From contig JBDRBF010000021.1 in assembly GCA_043822925.1 (NCBI GenBank), positions 1-17,612 of the forward strand: 17,612 nucleotides of DNA, in the 5' to 3' direction. Source of the DNA: a bacterium (lineage in GTDB: Bacteria > Babelota > Babeliae > Babelales > RVW-14). The notes below the pieces were generated by a model. That model was not told where the DNA came from. It searched no databases and saw only the letters and a list, made by a program, of their open reading frames with translations. Below, one piece after another: positions 16,072 to 17,612 of the stretch. The translations under genes were made by a program, and so were the position numbers. Each line of letters begins with the position of its first letter. Within the stretch, counting starts at the first letter, position 1.

Positions 16072-17025
16072 TTACTCTTTGCCCAAATCCCGGTGGTGCG
16101 TCAAAAATGTGACATTTTCGAGCTTTAAGTTATTAATTTTTTCAACAAAAGCTGTCGAACGATGCTTGCCTCCGGTGCAGCCAATTGCGATAGTTACAAA
16201 AAATCGGCCTTCTTCATAAAACTTTTTGAGCGAGTATTTTAGGAAATCAAGCAGCCGGTCCCAGTAAGCAGTAGTTTCTTCTTGCGCAAACAGATATTCC
16301 TGGACGCTTGCATCTAAGCCGGTAAGATTTTTGAGTTCTGGGATAAAATATGGGTTTGGTAAGAAGCGTAGATCGTACACAAAGTTGCTTTCAGCTGGTA
16401 CGCCGTACTTAAAGCCAAACGATATTAAATTTACACAAAGTGTGCGTTCTTGTGCGTCAGAGAACGTGTTTTGCGTCCATCGGCGCAGTTCGTGAATATT
16501 AAACTTGTCTGTGTCGAGAATCATGTCTGACATGTTTAATATGGGGTCAAGGAGTGTTTTTTCGCGTCTAATCGCGCTTATTATATCTGTATTATTTTGG
16601 GCCAGCGGGTGTTTTCTGCGGGTTTCCTGAAATCTCTTAAGTATCGTTTGTTCATGGGCGTTCAAAAAGACGATTTTTATATTACTGAGCTTTTCTATGT
16701 TTTTGAGGCGATTAATTTCTTGGGCAAAATCTTTTAAAAAATGTTCGCCCCGTGCATCTATGCCTAGTGCTATTTTTTGTGGAACTTGATGTGTTTGTTG
16801 GTTGTGTTGTTGGTTGGTTTGTTGGTGATGGTGGTTTTGTGGTTGGGCTTTAAAAGACAAATCAAGAAAAGTAGCTAGCAGCGGGATGGGTAAATTATCG
16901 ACACAATAAAAGTTGAGATCTTCTAGTGATCTCATGAATGATGTTTTACCGGCACCAGAGAGTCCGGTGACGATAATTATAAGCGTATCTTCTGTTTTTG
17001 GGATGAGTGTTTGTAAATTGTTCAT
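16072..17025 (-). CDS. rapZ: RNase adapter RapZ / YvcJ-family P-loop protein (317 aa)
   Basis: IVTGLSGAGKT, LEDLNFYCVDNLP, GIDAR, RFQETRRKHPL, SFGFKYG, DLRFLPNPYF, IAIGCTGGKHRS and HRDL motifs; ATG 17025 is preferred to 17133. Confidence 0.95.
   Translation of the reverse strand: MNNLQTLIPKTEDTLIIIVTGLSGAGKTSFMRSLEDLNFYCVDNLPIPLLATFLDLSFKAQPQNHHHQQTNQQHNQQTHQVPQKIALGIDARGEHFLKDFAQEINRLKNIEKLSNIKIVFLNAHEQTILKRFQETRRKHPLAQNNTDIISAIRREKTLLDPILNMSDMILDTDKFNIHELRRWTQNTFSDAQERTLCVNLISFGFKYGVPAESNFVYDLRFLPNPYFIPELKNLTGLDASVQEYLFAQEETTAYWDRLLDFLKYSLKKFYEEGRFFVTIAIGCTGGKHRSTAFVEKINNLKLENVTFLTHHRDLGKE
16790..16825 (-). repeat. Three imperfect 12-nt tandem repeats inside rapZ
   Basis: Plus strand reads TGTGTTTGTTGG TTGTGTTGTTGG TTGGTTTGTTGG, encoding the QQTN-QQHN-QQTH tract. 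Confidence 0.75.
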
Positions 17026-17162
17026 AAAAGATATCTTTTCTCGTTGCGCTTTCGTTACACTTGTCTCGAATATATTAAACTGCGTACTGAAACTATAGCA
17101 TAGTGTTATAACATAGTGTATAGGGTCTGGCATTTTTCTTACAAAAAGGGATAGGAGTTTTT

Positions 17163-17612
17163 ATGGGCGTGAAGAATGTTTTTATAGGTGTACTTTTATT
17201 GTCTAGTATCGGGGCTTTAGGTTATTCAGCGAGTCACGAAGTGGGGGCAGATACGAGTATTGCTGGACGTGTTGCCAAACAGGTGCTTGTTAAAAAGTCA
17301 AAATCAAAAAAAAATAAACCTGAAAAAACTCATAAACAAGTTAAACCTGAAATTTCGACAGGTCTGAAGCAGGATTACAATGCTGAACAAGATATTTATA
17401 AGTGGTTCCAGACTTTTGCAGAAGTTGTTGGCTTGGTTGAGAAAAAAGCGTTTAGAAAAGTTGAATTTGCTAAATTTATTCAAGATGCGCTTAAGGCAGC
17501 AGTAAGTCAGGTTGATGCACATTCTTCTTTTTTTATGCCAAAAAGTTATAAATCGATGATGGAGTCAACAAAAGGGGAGTTTTCCGGCATAGGCGTTAGT
17601 GTTATTACTAAA
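17163..17612 (+). CDS. S41 family C-terminal processing protease (CtpA/Prc-like), 5' partial
   Basis: Absent from the ORF track because it has no stop in the window. Manual translation from ATG 17163 (AGGAG RBS 17153-17157) gives signal peptide MGVKNVFIGVLLLSSIGALGYSA ... FAEVVGLV ... VDAHSSFF ... GEFSGIGV, the S41A N-terminal pattern leading into the PDZ domain. Confidence 0.88.
   Translation, partial: MGVKNVFIGVLLLSSIGALGYSASHEVGADTSIAGRVAKQVLVKKSKSKKNKPEKTHKQVKPEISTGLKQDYNAEQDIYKWFQTFAEVVGLVEKKAFRKVEFAKFIQDALKAAVSQVDAHSSFFMPKSYKSMMESTKGEFSGIGVSVITK

Noticed and set aside
17304-17522. 72-aa minus-strand ORF
   Set aside because: Antisense shadow of the S41 protease gene on the plus strand.

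Overview
AT-rich bacterial chromosomal window. The many short-signal-peptide hypothetical proteins and an ankyrin protein suggest an intracellular lineage such as Ca. Babeliae/Dependentiae (TM6); this is inference only. Plus strand: uvrA (apparently lacking most of its insertion domain), a ~200-nt symmetric multi-hairpin element, then a promoter driving four tightly coupled unknown proteins that each have a signal peptide (the last is ~1060 aa with a degenerate P-loop GTPase-like module), a class I SAM methyltransferase and an exported ankyrin-like protein. Minus strand: rapZ, a toxin-first RelE/Gp49-HTH toxin-antitoxin pair with a 32-bp operator-like palindrome, ftsB-like, lysS and recJ, with REP-like palindromes (some apparently nested) on both sides of lysS. 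A divergent S41 protease gene runs off the right edge. The best candidates for novelty are the exported four-gene operon, the symmetric hairpin element and the nested REP-like elements.
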